Positions 47,718 through 57,878 of a stretch of DNA of 64,000 nt are shown one piece after another. Source of the stretch: Candidatus Staskawiczbacteria bacterium (lineage in GTDB: Bacteria > Patescibacteriota > Minisyncoccia > Minisyncoccales > Staskawiczbacteraceae); the NCBI GenBank assembly GCA_903928565.1, contig CAIYRH010000018.1, positions 10,693 through 74,692 of the forward strand, given 5' to 3'. The position numbers and the translations under genes are program-made. The number at the start of each line of letters is the position of its first letter. The first letter of the stretch is position 1. Under the pieces are notes generated by a model. The model was given only the letters and a program-made list of their open reading frames with translations, was not told where the DNA came from and did not search any database.

Positions 47718-47788
47718 CTGCGAGGCTTGGACTCGAACCAAGATAACATCCTTCAGAGGGACGTGTCCTACCATTAGACGACCTCGCA
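47718..47788 (-). tRNA. tRNA-Gln (anticodon CTG)
   Basis: Manual cloverleaf: acceptor TGCGAGG/CCTCGCA, anticodon loop CTCTGAA, T-loop TTCGAGT; CCA not encoded; exact ends within 2 nt. Confidence 0.65.
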
Positions 47789-47804
47789 ATTCAATATTGT
47801 TATC

Positions 47805-48719
47805 TTATACCTGCAAGTGTTTTTTGACAACTATGAAACTGGAGATAACCCCCACCCCAATTCCAAACCCCAATTGTAATAAAATAAAAATCCACAAATT
47901 ATTTAAGAAATACCCAAACATGTCAAAGCCCGGCAAAATAATTGCCATTTGGGGCGACAAAAGAAATGCCGTAATTGCAGAAATGAAAATGCAAAATAAG
48001 AATGCAATAAACCCGTAAATTACGCCCTGAATAATAAATGGGCCCCTGATAAACCAATCTGAAGCGCCAACAATTCTCATTGTGCTAATTTCGTCTCTTG
48101 AATTTTCAATGGCAAGCTTTATTGTGTTGTAAACAACCAAAATGGCAACTAGCGCTAAAATAATTCCCAGTATTAAACCAACTGTATTTATTTTTGACGT
48201 TATGGAATAAACTTTTTCAATAATATCTTTTTTCTGAGAAAAATCTACCGTGTCTATTAAATTGCTAAAATCTGAAGTTTGCAAAAGGCTGGCAATTTGC
48301 GCATATTGAGCTGGTTCGCCATTGGTTGTGATGTTTAAAGATGGCAAAAATGGATTTGCTCCAACTTCTTGTAAAGCCTGCGATAAAGTTGAGTCGCTTT
48401 GATGAATTGTGTTAAAAGTGGCCAACGCCTGATCTTTAGAAACGTAATCAATGTTCTTTATGTTTGGTGCCAATTTTACTATTTGGTCTCTTACATTTAA
48501 AATATCTTGCTCTTGAGTGCCATCTTTAAAATAAGCAGTAATATCAATTTTGTCTTGTATTTGCGTGGTTAAATAACCAACCATGTTTTGAAAAAAGAAA
48601 AGCCCAGTAACAAGCAAAATGGTAATTATTAAAACAAAAATTGCGGCAATTGAAATTCCTTTATTTCTGCTAAAATCTTTAACAGCAAAATTTGTAATTC
48701 TTTTTAAATTTGTTGGCAT
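47805..48719 (-). CDS. ftsX: Cell-division ABC transporter permease FtsX-like
   Basis: Four TM helices plus periplasmic loop; downstream of ftsE. Confidence 0.7.
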   Translation of the reverse strand: MPTNLKRITNFAVKDFSRNKGISIAAIFVLIITILLVTGLFFFQNMVGYLTTQIQDKIDITAYFKDGTQEQDILNVRDQIVKLAPNIKNIDYVSKDQALATFNTIHQSDSTLSQALQEVGANPFLPSLNITTNGEPAQYAQIASLLQTSDFSNLIDTVDFSQKKDIIEKVYSITSKINTVGLILGIILALVAILVVYNTIKLAIENSRDEISTMRIVGASDWFIRGPFIIQGVIYGFIAFLFCIFISAITAFLLSPQMAIILPGFDMFGYFLNNLWIFILLQLGFGIGVGVISSFIVVKKHLQV

Positions 48720-48761
48720 GAGATTAAAATTATTCTAATTATATTAATTATTCTAATTACA

Positions 48762-49442
48762 CTAAATAATAAATTTTCCTTCGGCTTCGTCTCTTAAAAT
48801 TTTACCTTGTTCTAAGGTAATTACTCTTTTCCCTAATTTATTTATAACTTCTCTGTCGTGAGTGGCTAAAATAATTGTTTTTCCGGCTTGATTAATTTTT
48901 CTTAAAAGCGCAATGACTTCGTATGTGTTGTAAGGGTCTAAATTGCCGGTTGGTTCGTCGGCAATAATTATGTCGGGCTGGTTTACAAGGGCTCGGGCAA
49001 TGGCAAGCCTTTGCTGTTCGCCACCGGAAAGTTGATGGGGGAAATTATTAACTTTATTTTCTAAACCAATAACTTCTAACACTTTGGGAACTTCCCTTTC
49101 TATTTCTTCATTATCTTTGCCCTCTACCTGCATAATGTAAGCCACATTTTCATAGACGGTTTTTTTAGGCAATAATTTATAATCTTGGTGAATGACGCCA
49201 ATTTTTCTTCTTATTTCTTGAATTTTTAAAGAGTCGGCCTCGCTTAAATTTGTACTTTCAAAAAAAACTTCACCTGAAGATGGCTTTTCTAACCCTAAAA
49301 TTAAATGAATTAGAGTAGTTTTGCCAGAACCGGACTTGCCCACAATTGATACAAATTCTCCTTTTTTTACATCAAATGAAACGTCTTGCAAAACTAGAGT
49401 ATCTGGTGGGTAAATTTTTTCTACGTTTTTAAATTTTATCAT
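48762..49442 (-). CDS. ftsE: Cell-division ATP-binding protein FtsE
   Basis: Walker [13 protein letters not shown] signature LSGGEQQR. Confidence 0.85.
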   Translation of the reverse strand: MIKFKNVEKIYPPDTLVLQDVSFDVKKGEFVSIVGKSGSGKTTLIHLILGLEKPSSGEVFFESTNLSEADSLKIQEIRRKIGVIHQDYKLLPKKTVYENVAYIMQVEGKDNEEIEREVPKVLEVIGLENKVNNFPHQLSGGEQQRLAIARALVNQPDIIIADEPTGNLDPYNTYEVIALLRKINQAGKTIILATHDREVINKLGKRVITLEQGKILRDEAEGKFII

Positions 49443-50521
49443 ATTTTATTTCAGCTTCTATAAATTTTTCTAAGTCGCCGTCTAAAACTCCTTCGGCATC
49501 GCTTGTTTCATAAAGCGTGCGCAAATCTTTTACCATTTTATAAGGGTGCAAAACATAAGACCTAATTTGATTCCCAAACCGCACTGAAATGTTTTCACCT
49601 TTTATTTCTTTAATTTCTTTAACGTGCTGTTCTTCGCGCAACTGATATAATTTTGCCACCAAAATTTTCATTGCCTTATCTTTATTTTTTCCTTGCAGCC
49701 TTTCTTTTTGCGAAGCGACTACAATGCCAGTTGGTATGTGCGTAATTCTAATGGCCGATTCGGTTTTATTTACATATTGGCCACCAGGGCCAGAAGCTTT
49801 AAATGTGTCTATTTTTAAGTCGTCTGGCCTAATTTCTAATTCAATTTCGTTATCTTTAATTTCCGGCAATATATTTACAAGCGCAAAAGAAGTGTGGCGA
49901 AGTTTTTGCGAATTAAATGGCGAAAGTCTTACCAACCTGTGTACGCCTGCTTCTTTTTTTAAAAAACCGTAAGCATAGTTTCCTTTTATTTCTATTATAA
50001 CAGATTTTGTGCCAATTCTTCCTTCGGGGCCACCGCCTTCGCCAAGCGCTTGGTGCAAAATTGCAGTTTTATAACCTTTTTTCTCACAATAGCGTTCGTA
50101 CATTCGTAAAAGCATTGTTGACCAATCTTGCGAATCTTGCCCACCGGCCCCAGAATATATTTCTAAAATTGCATTGCTTTTGTCGTATTTGCCTGACAAA
50201 TAAGTCTTAAATTCTTGCTTTTCTATCTTTACATTCAAATTTTCCAAAGAAAATTTGTCCTGAGCGGAGTCGAAGGATTGCAACACCTTATAATCGGCAA
50301 TATCATTTTTTATTTCTTCCAATGCTGATATTTCATTTTTTATTTCTGAGATTTCTTGTTGAACTTCCGTTGCATGTTCGTTGTCGTTCCAGAAATTTGG
50401 CAGTAATGATTCTTCTTCTAACTCTTTTAATTTCTTTTCTTTTCCGGCTACATCAAAGACGGTCTCCCAAATTCTGGAGCCTTGTTTCTAACTCTTCAAT
50501 TTGTGGAGTTGCATCTACCAT
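49429..50521 (-). CDS. prfB: Peptide chain release factor 2 with programmed +1 frameshift
   Basis: ATG 50519-50521, 22 codons MVDATPQIEELETRLQNLGDRL then CTT TGA T shifty site (rc of 50453-50459), continuing in +1 frame into the 297-aa ORF; GGQ-type RF2 body. Confidence 0.85.
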
Positions 50522-50567
50522 ATTGTTTTTATTTTATCATAATAATTGAAACAAAAAAAGACCGCAA
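50313..50567. repeat. Direct repeat copy 1 (~255 bp, prfB promoter plus first ~75 codons), ~92% identical to 51604-51858
   Basis: Aligned by eye. Confidence 0.7.
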
Positions 50568-50605
50568 GGCGAACCTTACGGAGTGCGTCGCTGAAAAACA
50601 GCGAC

Positions 50606-51268
50606 CTAAGACCTGGCAATGGAGAGCATGAGTTCTATGATGAACCGCTGAGCGCGCCCATAATTGAAAGTTTTTGCCTTGATAGCTTTTTCTAGGCGAC
50701 GAGCAGCACGCGTGACTTTGAGGTTGTGCTCAAGTTTATGCATCTCGCCCATAAAGAAACGACACCAAGCTAGACTCATAAACCTGGATAAACCACAGGG
50801 CATCTCCGCATTTAGCGACACTGTTTCGTCAATTGGCAAGCATGTCAATTTTGCGCTGAAAAAATTCATCGTCTTGAAGTAATCAGCACTGCCCACCTCA
50901 ATATCGCTATTCTCTCTGGGTATTTCATCTCCACTTATGAGAATTTGCCTGTTAGCCCAATCATAACAATGATATCCAACGCGCATGTTAGAGGGCAAAA
51001 CGGCATGATCGTAAGTGACCGCGATGCGCGAGATATAAAGACGTTCGTCGGTGGGCGTCCAATAAGAATGGATTACGGTGCCAGACGACCCCACGTCTTC
51101 AATTGCTTTTGTCCAGTTTTTTTCTTCCATCGACACAACAAGAGCGTCTTTAAGCCTGGTGCATCGCACATCTGGCCGGCCCGACCTGTTATACTCTTCC
51201 GCAGTAAAAGCACTAAATTGATCGCTGAGCGTAATAGCCTTGTAAGTGAAGCTCAATGTTTTTTTCAT
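50606..51268 (-). CDS. Hypothetical protein on a high-GC island; paralog of 27170-27769
   Basis: GGAGGA RBS before MKKTLSF; terminator hairpin 50553-50580; GC ~50% versus ~35% flanks. Confidence 0.5.
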   Translation of the reverse strand: MKKTLSFTYKAITLSDQFSAFTAEEYNRSGRPDVRCTRLKDALVVSMEEKNWTKAIEDVGSSGTVIHSYWTPTDERLYISRIAVTYDHAVLPSNMRVGYHCYDWANRQILISGDEIPRENSDIEVGSADYFKTMNFFSAKLTCLPIDETVSLNAEMPCGLSRFMSLAWCRFFMGEMHKLEHNLKVTRAARRLEKAIKAKTFNYGRAQRFIIELMLSIARS

Positions 51269-51394
51269 AGTACATTTCCTCCATTGTTTGGATGATGTAA
51301 AGAGCATCTGTGTTTAGATAAGGCACACCGAAAAGCCTCCGATGTTATAGCTTATAACACGAATTGTTTTATGTCAACAAAAAACGCTATTGCC

Positions 51395-51418
51395 TCAGGT
51401 TACCCTACGGTAACCTGA
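51395..51418. promoter_or_regulatory. Variant palindrome TCAGGTTACCCTACGGTAACCTGA followed by TTGACA promoter element of the 233-aa gene
   Basis: Same 8-bp outer arms as the consensus 24-mer, different centre. Confidence 0.5.
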
Positions 51419-51529
51419 GCCGAACTATTCCACTTTTTCGTGGAATGGCTGTGCCCCACCACCTTAATTTATTAATTTTTCATATAGGACAATTCTATAG
51501 AATTGTCCTATTGCGTTTTGTCGCACTTA

Positions 51530-51812
51530 TTATGCTACTTCGTTTTGATAACAACTTTCGCAATAAACTAATTCCGGACGGTCGGGAGAATAAGAAGTTT
51601 TGATTTCTTCCAATGCTGATATTTCATTTTTTATTTCTGAAATTTCTTGTTGGACTTCGGTAGCATGTTCGTTATCATTCCAAAAGTTAGGCAACACAGA
51701 TTCTTCTTCTAATTCTTTTAATTTCTTTTCTTTGCCAACTACATCAAAGACGGTCTCCCAAATTCTGGAGCCTTACTTCTAACTCTTCAATTTGCGGAGT
51801 TATATCTACCAT
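51530..51812 (-). pseudogene. Chimeric relic: duplicated prfB 5' end (start, frameshift site, ~55 +1-frame codons) fused in-frame to the last 23 codons of a Cys-rich-family gene (KTSYSPDRPELVYCESCYQNEVA)
   Basis: Start 51810-51812; stops TAA TAA at 51527-51532; followed by relic family intergenic palindromes (51420-51530). Confidence 0.6.
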
Positions 51813-51858
51813 ATTGTTTTTATTTTATCATAATAATTGAAACAAAAAAAGACCGCAA
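51604..51858. repeat. Direct repeat copy 2 of prfB 5' region
   Basis: See 50313-50567. Confidence 0.7.
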
Positions 51859-51883
51859 TAACTTTCGCTACTACGGATGTTTA

Positions 51884-52309
51884 CTATCCGGCCATTATGC
51901 CAGTCATAAAATTTTCTACCTCCAAAGCGATTTCTAGGCTCGTCAGACCGTCTTTCAGAGTCAGCACTAACGGATCTACCGTTTTTTCCATTGCTTCGAA
52001 TGCAAAACTATCGACACCAAAGATGACAATAGGCAAACATGGAATCTCCTCGCGCAATCTATGGTAAAGCGCTATGCCCGTTTCGCAACCACCCGCAACC
52101 AGATGTTCCCTAAACACTCCCCCGTATGGCAAAAAGTTAGAAGTGACTAACAGCTCTGACCGTTGGTCTTCTGGCTTATCAAATTGTTCCAAAACCGCCG
52201 AAGCATAGTCACAAACCACAACTTTATGCCCAGCTTTTTGCAATCTTGCAATGAGTATTTCATTAAAAAATCTACTATCTGTAGCGAATGCAATTCTGAA
52301 CGTTTTCAT
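51884..52309 (-). CDS. Hypothetical protein with degenerate CheY-like receiver fold (phospho-acceptor Asp not evident); moderately GC-rich
   Basis: AAGAAGGGAA RBS; pattern MKTFRIAFATDS...LLVTSNFLPYGG...IPCLPIVIFG resembles a receiver-domain scaffold. Confidence 0.3.
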   Translation of the reverse strand: MKTFRIAFATDSRFFNEILIARLQKAGHKVVVCDYASAVLEQFDKPEDQRSELLVTSNFLPYGGVFREHLVAGGCETGIALYHRLREEIPCLPIVIFGVDSFAFEAMEKTVDPLVLTLKDGLTSLEIALEVENFMTGIMAG

Positions 52310-52410
52310 GACGTTTGATTCCCTTCTTGTTGTGAAGTTGCTACGATTGATTAAGATCAATTATAATACTACCCGAATTATTCTATCTGTCAACAAAAAA
52401 CGCTATTGCC

Positions 52411-52434
52411 TCAGGTTATCACGTGATAACCTGA
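52411..52434. promoter_or_regulatory. Perfect 24-bp palindrome TCAGGTTATCACGTGATAACCTGA, 8 nt upstream of TTGACA-N16-TAGTAT promoter of the CheY-like gene
   Basis: Read directly; abuts the stop codon of array member 1. Confidence 0.65.
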
Positions 52435-52435
52435 G

Positions 52436-54013
52436 CTAGGATATTTCGGTTTGATAGCAGGCCTCGCAGTAAACTATTTCGGGGCGGTCTGGGGCGTAGG
52501 AAGTTTTGATTTCTTTGGCGCATTTGGCACATTGGCGGTTCCACAGTTTAAATGGAGTGCGCATAGACAATCTTTTGCTGTGACGGCACATAAAACAATT
52601 AACGGGTTGTGGCAAACCCATTTCATTATAAAAATCTTGCTCGCGATCTATAATTTTAAAATAATTACCGCACTGCTGACATTTAAAAACATTCTTTTCA
52701 TCGCCGGCGTATTCTACCTTAGTTTTCTCTCTCCAAAGAAACCCCTTTTGCGCTGCTGTTTCTGGCGATAAAGGGAAATAGTCTTGGGCAAGCGTTTCGT
52801 TGTAGGCAAAGGGCGATAATTCTGCCGGAAAAAATTGGCCGTACTCGCCCGTTTTTTTCATATGTTCAATAATTTTATCTCTTAATGCAAAATACTCTTC
52901 TTTAGAATATTGTTTGTTAAATATACAATGTTTTTTCTTGCGCAAACCTACGCAACCAAACAAATCAGACGAATTGTAACAATAATAAGAATATTGAACA
53001 TCGTTGGAATACCAAACACGCTTGCTGTAAGAAATGTTCGTGCCCAATATGCTCATTGAGTCATTTATTAATTCACCATAGCCACTGCCAAAACAATCGT
53101 AAGCATCTTTAATTTTGAGCGATTCTTGAACCCATTTTAAATTTTCGCCATCGTTAATGCCAAAACAATTTTTACAATTTTTAGAATTATTTATATTTTC
53201 GCCAAAACAATCTACTGCATTTTTGAATGTGTGTAATTGACGTGGCTTTGAATTTACAAATTTTATGGCTTCATCTTGTGAAATGCTTTGTATCTTCTCA
53301 AAATATTCTTTTTTAGTATATGGTTTATTAAAAATGTGGAATTTTTTACTACGTAAACCCACACAAGCAAAACAATTTGAACAATCGCGGCAATCGTATA
53401 AATATGATGATTCTCTGCATTCAATTGCAAACCGGCTAAACCGAACATTATAACATTTTTGGCTGTCTATTAATTCGTAACATTTTTCGCATGGCCCACC
53501 AACCCAAAAACAATCCGCAGAATCCTTAAGATCGTTTGACTGAGAAGTGTACAGAACATTCTCGTCGTAGTCTGAGACAAAAGTCATATAACAATTTTTA
53601 CAACTTAAAAGCGAATGACAATAGTTGCAATTTGACGAATTAGTGTTGGCCACATGAGGAAATGGCACCGCCTGAATAAGTTGGGCAAATTGCTCAAAAA
53701 ATGGAACAGAAAAATTGAAATCTTTTCCATAACTCATAACATCCCAATTGTCGGACCACCAATAATCTTGGTCGTAAACTACAACGTTGGCTTGAGGCGG
53801 GAAAATTGATATTAATTCCTCAGAGTGCCCTGGCGCCTGGCACTTTCTTCTAAAAAGATTGTGCTCGTTGCGCCACATAAACCTTCTACCAATTCTGCAT
53901 TCTGGACAAAATGTTGGAGCGGGCACTTTCATTTTTTCGTAGAACGCAAAATCATCAGGCTCTATTACAAAGTCTTTTTTGCAGTTTTGACAATTTTTTG
54001 TTTGACTATCCAT
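52436..54013 (-). CDS. Cys-rich double-zinc-ribbon protein, array member 1 (525 aa from MDSQTK)
   Basis: Conserved N-terminus MDSQTKxCQNCKxxFxIEPDDFAFYEKMKVPAPTFCPECR, internal CxxCxxCxGLRxKxYxIFNKxY(T/S)KEEY signature twice, C-terminus C..C..APDRPEIVYCEACYQTE. Confidence 0.7.
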   Translation of the reverse strand: MDSQTKNCQNCKKDFVIEPDDFAFYEKMKVPAPTFCPECRIGRRFMWRNEHNLFRRKCQAPGHSEELISIFPPQANVVVYDQDYWWSDNWDVMSYGKDFNFSVPFFEQFAQLIQAVPFPHVANTNSSNCNYCHSLLSCKNCYMTFVSDYDENVLYTSQSNDLKDSADCFWVGGPCEKCYELIDSQKCYNVRFSRFAIECRESSYLYDCRDCSNCFACVGLRSKKFHIFNKPYTKKEYFEKIQSISQDEAIKFVNSKPRQLHTFKNAVDCFGENINNSKNCKNCFGINDGENLKWVQESLKIKDAYDCFGSGYGELINDSMSILGTNISYSKRVWYSNDVQYSYYCYNSSDLFGCVGLRKKKHCIFNKQYSKEEYFALRDKIIEHMKKTGEYGQFFPAELSPFAYNETLAQDYFPLSPETAAQKGFLWREKTKVEYAGDEKNVFKCQQCGNYFKIIDREQDFYNEMGLPQPVNCFMCRHSKRLSMRTPFKLWNRQCAKCAKEIKTSYAPDRPEIVYCEACYQTEIS

Positions 54014-54087
54014 AATTTTATTATAGTATGTTTTTTCACGTGGCGTGAAAAACATACTACTGTCACGTGTACTGTCACGTGTATTGT

Positions 54088-54110
54088 CAGGTTGTCGCAT
54101 GATAACCTGG
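54088..54110. promoter_or_regulatory. Variant palindrome CAGGTTGTCGCATGATAACCTGG upstream of member 1
   Basis: Followed on coding strand by ACACGTGACAGT x2 and the stem-loop GTATGTTTTTCACGCCACGTGAAAAAACATAC. Confidence 0.55.
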
Positions 54111-54218
54111 TATTGGCTATTCCACTTTTTAGTGGAATGGCCGTGCCCCACCACTTTAATTTATATTTCTCACATACAACTATTCCATGGAATTGTTTAA
54201 TGGTGGGATTAGCAATGT

Positions 54219-55886
54219 CTAGGCGACTTCATTTTGATAGCAAACCTCGCAGTAAACTATTTCTGGGCGGTTGGGGGCGTAGCTGGTTTCAAATTCATTG
54301 ATGCAACCTGGTTTCATGCATTTTCTGTGCCAAAGTTTGGAAGGCCCGCGAAGCTCAAATCTTTTTTTGAGTCTACAAAAAAAACATTTTACAGGTATAG
54401 GAATTTTCCATTTACGATAAAAAGCCAACTCGTCAGGTACTATTTTATAATTTCTTTTGCAAACGTCACACTCTAATATTTCATTTAAAATTGAATCATC
54501 AACATTATTTATATTATCGGGGATATTTTTTAACGTAGTTTTACCGAGGGTTTTTTGAATATTTTCTTGCCAATTTAGCTCTTTGCTTAAAGCTTCTTCT
54601 TTTGTTAAAGGAAAATCTATCATCGCCATAGATTCGTTATAAGCAAACGGTGAATACTGCATTGGGAAAAACTCGCCCCACTCTCTTCCCTTTTTCATGT
54701 GTTCAATAATTTTTTCTTTTAAGGCAAAATATTCTTCTTTTGTGTATTGTTTGTTAAAAATTGAATATTCGCCATGTTTTAAAGCAACGCTGCCAAAACA
54801 ATTATTTGAAGATTGGCAAAAATCCGAATATGCCACATCCATGCATTTCCAAGCATGAATACAGTACAATGCCCTATTAGAATTATCTGGCGTTATGCTT
54901 TCATAGCATTATGAAAGTTCACCGCCAGAACACAAGTCGTAACTGTCTTTTTGAGTATCACCATTTTCTAAATATTTAGAATCTTCTGACCTGCGACAAT
55001 GAAAAACGTTTTTTGAATTTTTACTGTTAATTATATTATTCCCCGTGCAGTTTAGGCAATTTCTGGAAGAAACAAACCGCCTTGGCTGAGTAATTAAAAA
55101 ATTGTTAAATTCAAGTTGAGCCCTTTCGCAACCGTTTCGGCTTCCTATTTTATAAGCATCGATAATTTTTTCGTATTCTTCTTTTGTATATTGTTTATTT
55201 AAAATATAGTATTGCTTGTTGCGTAAATTTACAGACATAAAACAATTTTCACATCCAACACATTCAACGCAATAAGCGCAATTCATCAGACTGGAAGAGC
55301 CATAAACATTTCTGCATCCAAAACATTTGTCGCTATACATTACCTCATACAAACCTTCGCCCGTGCTAAAAATTCCCATTGAATCAACGGTGTCTTTTGT
55401 TTCGGCGCAATAACACGTGTACATACAATTTTCAACTTTCCATGAAACCATTGCCATATAACAATTTTTTCCCAAAGCGAAATTTTGGGTATATTCACAA
55501 TTTTCGCTTCCAATATTATTATCGTTGACTAAAGCAAGCGTGGGAACTTTCAATCTAAATTCCCTAAATTGATCAAAAAACGGTCTGTTAAAATCAAAAT
55601 CTTGTGCATATTGTTTGGGGTCCCATGAGTCTCCCCACCAACATTTATTACAATAAATGACTTGTGGGCTTTCTGGAGAATAAATTGAAATTATATTTCT
55701 TTTACATAAATCGCAATTACGATTATAAAAAACAAAATCGTTTCTCCATGACAATCGTCTCTGTCTTCTGCACTCTGCGCACCAGGTTGGGGGTGGGACT
55801 TTCATTTTTTCGTAAAACGCAAAATCATCGGGCTCAATTACGAACTCGCTGTTACAGTTTTGACAAACTTTTGTTTGACTATCCAT
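54219..55886 (-). pseudogene. Cys-rich array member 2, interrupted by a single in-frame TAA (54906-54908) lying within a small hairpin; otherwise a continuous ~555-codon reading frame
   Basis: Track ORFs 54909-55940 and 54219-54869 are in the same frame; N-half has MDSQTK start, C-half has the family C-terminus. Confidence 0.6.
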
Positions 55887-55948
55887 AATTTTATTATAGT
55901 ATGTTTTTTCACGTGGCGTGAAAAAACATACTACTGTCACGTGTACTG

Positions 55949-55972
55949 TCAGGTTGTCACGTGATAACCTGA
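55949..55972. promoter_or_regulatory. Palindrome TCAGGTTGTCACGTGATAACCTGA upstream of member 2
   Basis: One mismatch from the perfect 24-mer. Confidence 0.6.
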
Positions 55973-55978
55973 TGAATT

Positions 55979-57682
55979 TTAAACAACTTCTTGCTGGTAA
56001 CAGCCTTCACAATAAACTATTTCGGGACGATTTGGTGCATAGGAAGTTTGGATTGCAACATTGCATTTTGCGCAGTTTCTAGGCCACAGTTTTGGCGGAT
56101 TGATACGTGCCAAACGTTGCATGTGCCGACAATCTGAACAAAAATGAGGAACTGGGAATTCGAAACGGCGTAAAAGTGCAAGTTCGGCTGTTGTTATTTT
56201 AAAAGCTTTTCCACACAATTCGCAACCCAAAACTTCTTTTAATATTGAATCTTCCACATTTTTTATATTGTCGGAGATTTTATTGGCAGGTAGTGTAATA
56301 ACGTGATTACTTATTGCGGGGTCGCGCCACTTCCAGCCATTTTTTAAAACCTCTTCTTTTGAAAGTGGATAATACTGAATTGCTTGAGATTCGTTATATG
56401 CGAAAGGGCCTAAGTCATAAGGTAAAAAATCACCATAACGCCAAATTCTGCCAACTGAATCAATGTAGGGGTTTTTATTCATGTCTTCTATTATTTGCGC
56501 TCGCAAAGCTGTGTATTCTTCTGCCGAATATTGTTTGTTTAAAATTCTATATCGTTTCTTTTTTTGATTTATACAACCAAAAGAATATTGGCACGAAACA
56601 TTATACATTCCATATTCCACCTCCATAGTACCCTGATGCCATGCACCCAAAGTAAACCTAACCATGTCGGCCCCCTCGCCGACAGTAATTGAGTCTACAA
56701 CACGTTGAACGCCATTGCCCCATTCAGTGAGATCATAGATATCTTTAGCTGGAGGTATTGTTATAAATTGGCAGTATTTAGCATCTTCCAACTCGCGAGC
56801 CTGAAAACAATTGAGTGCATTCTTTGCACGATAAACATAATCTCCAGAAACATTTATACACTGTGCATCTTTGTGCATATATTTGTTTGGATATTGCAGC
56901 CAAAAATCATCAACAATTTTTTTGATCTTTAACAATTCGCTGTTACTGGCAAGATTATATTCTTTAATTTTTTCTAAATATTCTTCTTTGGTATATGGTT
57001 TATTAAAAATATAATATTTTTTATTGCGCAAATTAATGCAACCGAAACAATTGTCACAACCGATACAACTTTTTAAAAAATAAGATTCTGTGCACTTTGT
57101 GCAACTTTCGGAAAAAAATAACTTATAACCTTTGCTGTCTATGGCTTGATACATTAATTCTGACTCGCCCACCATATAGCAATCCATAGAATCTTTAACG
57201 CTTACCACAATGGTTGAATAATGAACATTTTCGCAAAAATCAGAATTAAAAACTAAGTAACAGTTTTTGGCACTTCCTGCATGATTAACATAATCACTAT
57301 TTATAAGTGTTGCGTGGTCATTTATTAGAGCCATATGCGGAGTTTTTTTCTGCAATTCAAGCATTTGCTCAAAAAATGGCACCGCTGGGTTGTATTCTAA
57401 AAAATGTTCGCCGTCGTCCCATTTGTCAGACCACCAACAGGCGGAACAATACATAATTAGTTTTGATTCCGGAGAAAAAATTGTCACAACATTTTCGCCA
57501 CATAAGTCACATTTTCTTTTATACAGAACTCTTTCGCTTCTACACATAATTCTACGCTGAAATCTGCAGGAAGGGCAAAATGTTGGAGCGGGAACTTTCA
57601 TTTTTTCGTAGAACGCAAAATCGTCGGGCTCAATTACGAACTCGTTTTTGCAGTTCTGACAAACTTTTGTTTGACTATCCAT
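55979..57682 (-). CDS. Cys-rich double-zinc-ribbon protein, array member 3 (567 aa)
   Basis: Same architecture; ends PNRPEIVYCEGCYQQEVV. Confidence 0.7.
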   Translation of the reverse strand: MDSQTKVCQNCKNEFVIEPDDFAFYEKMKVPAPTFCPSCRFQRRIMCRSERVLYKRKCDLCGENVVTIFSPESKLIMYCSACWWSDKWDDGEHFLEYNPAVPFFEQMLELQKKTPHMALINDHATLINSDYVNHAGSAKNCYLVFNSDFCENVHYSTIVVSVKDSMDCYMVGESELMYQAIDSKGYKLFFSESCTKCTESYFLKSCIGCDNCFGCINLRNKKYYIFNKPYTKEEYLEKIKEYNLASNSELLKIKKIVDDFWLQYPNKYMHKDAQCINVSGDYVYRAKNALNCFQARELEDAKYCQFITIPPAKDIYDLTEWGNGVQRVVDSITVGEGADMVRFTLGAWHQGTMEVEYGMYNVSCQYSFGCINQKKKRYRILNKQYSAEEYTALRAQIIEDMNKNPYIDSVGRIWRYGDFLPYDLGPFAYNESQAIQYYPLSKEEVLKNGWKWRDPAISNHVITLPANKISDNIKNVEDSILKEVLGCELCGKAFKITTAELALLRRFEFPVPHFCSDCRHMQRLARINPPKLWPRNCAKCNVAIQTSYAPNRPEIVYCEGCYQQEVV

Positions 57683-57744
57683 AATTTTATTTTAGTATGT
57701 TTTTTCACGTGGCGTGAAAAAATATACTACAGTCACGTGTACTG

Positions 57745-57768
57745 TCAGGTTATCACGTGATAACCTGG
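57745..57768. promoter_or_regulatory. Palindrome TCAGGTTATCACGTGATAACCTGG upstream of member 3
   Basis: Read directly. Confidence 0.6.
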
Positions 57769-57878
57769 AATTTGGTATTCCACTTTTTCGTGGAATGGCA
57801 GTACCCCTTCACTTTAATTTATTAAATTTTCACATTGAACAATTCTATGGAATTGTTTAATGATGGGATTGGCAATAT

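Noticed and set aside
50453-50459. UGA recoding as Gly (as in some CPR lineages) to explain the in-frame stop in prfB
   Set aside because: The context is the canonical RF2 autoregulatory +1 frameshift (22 codons, CTT TGA N, continuation in +1 frame), and TGA terminates other genes here (for example the transketolase C-subunit at 33264)
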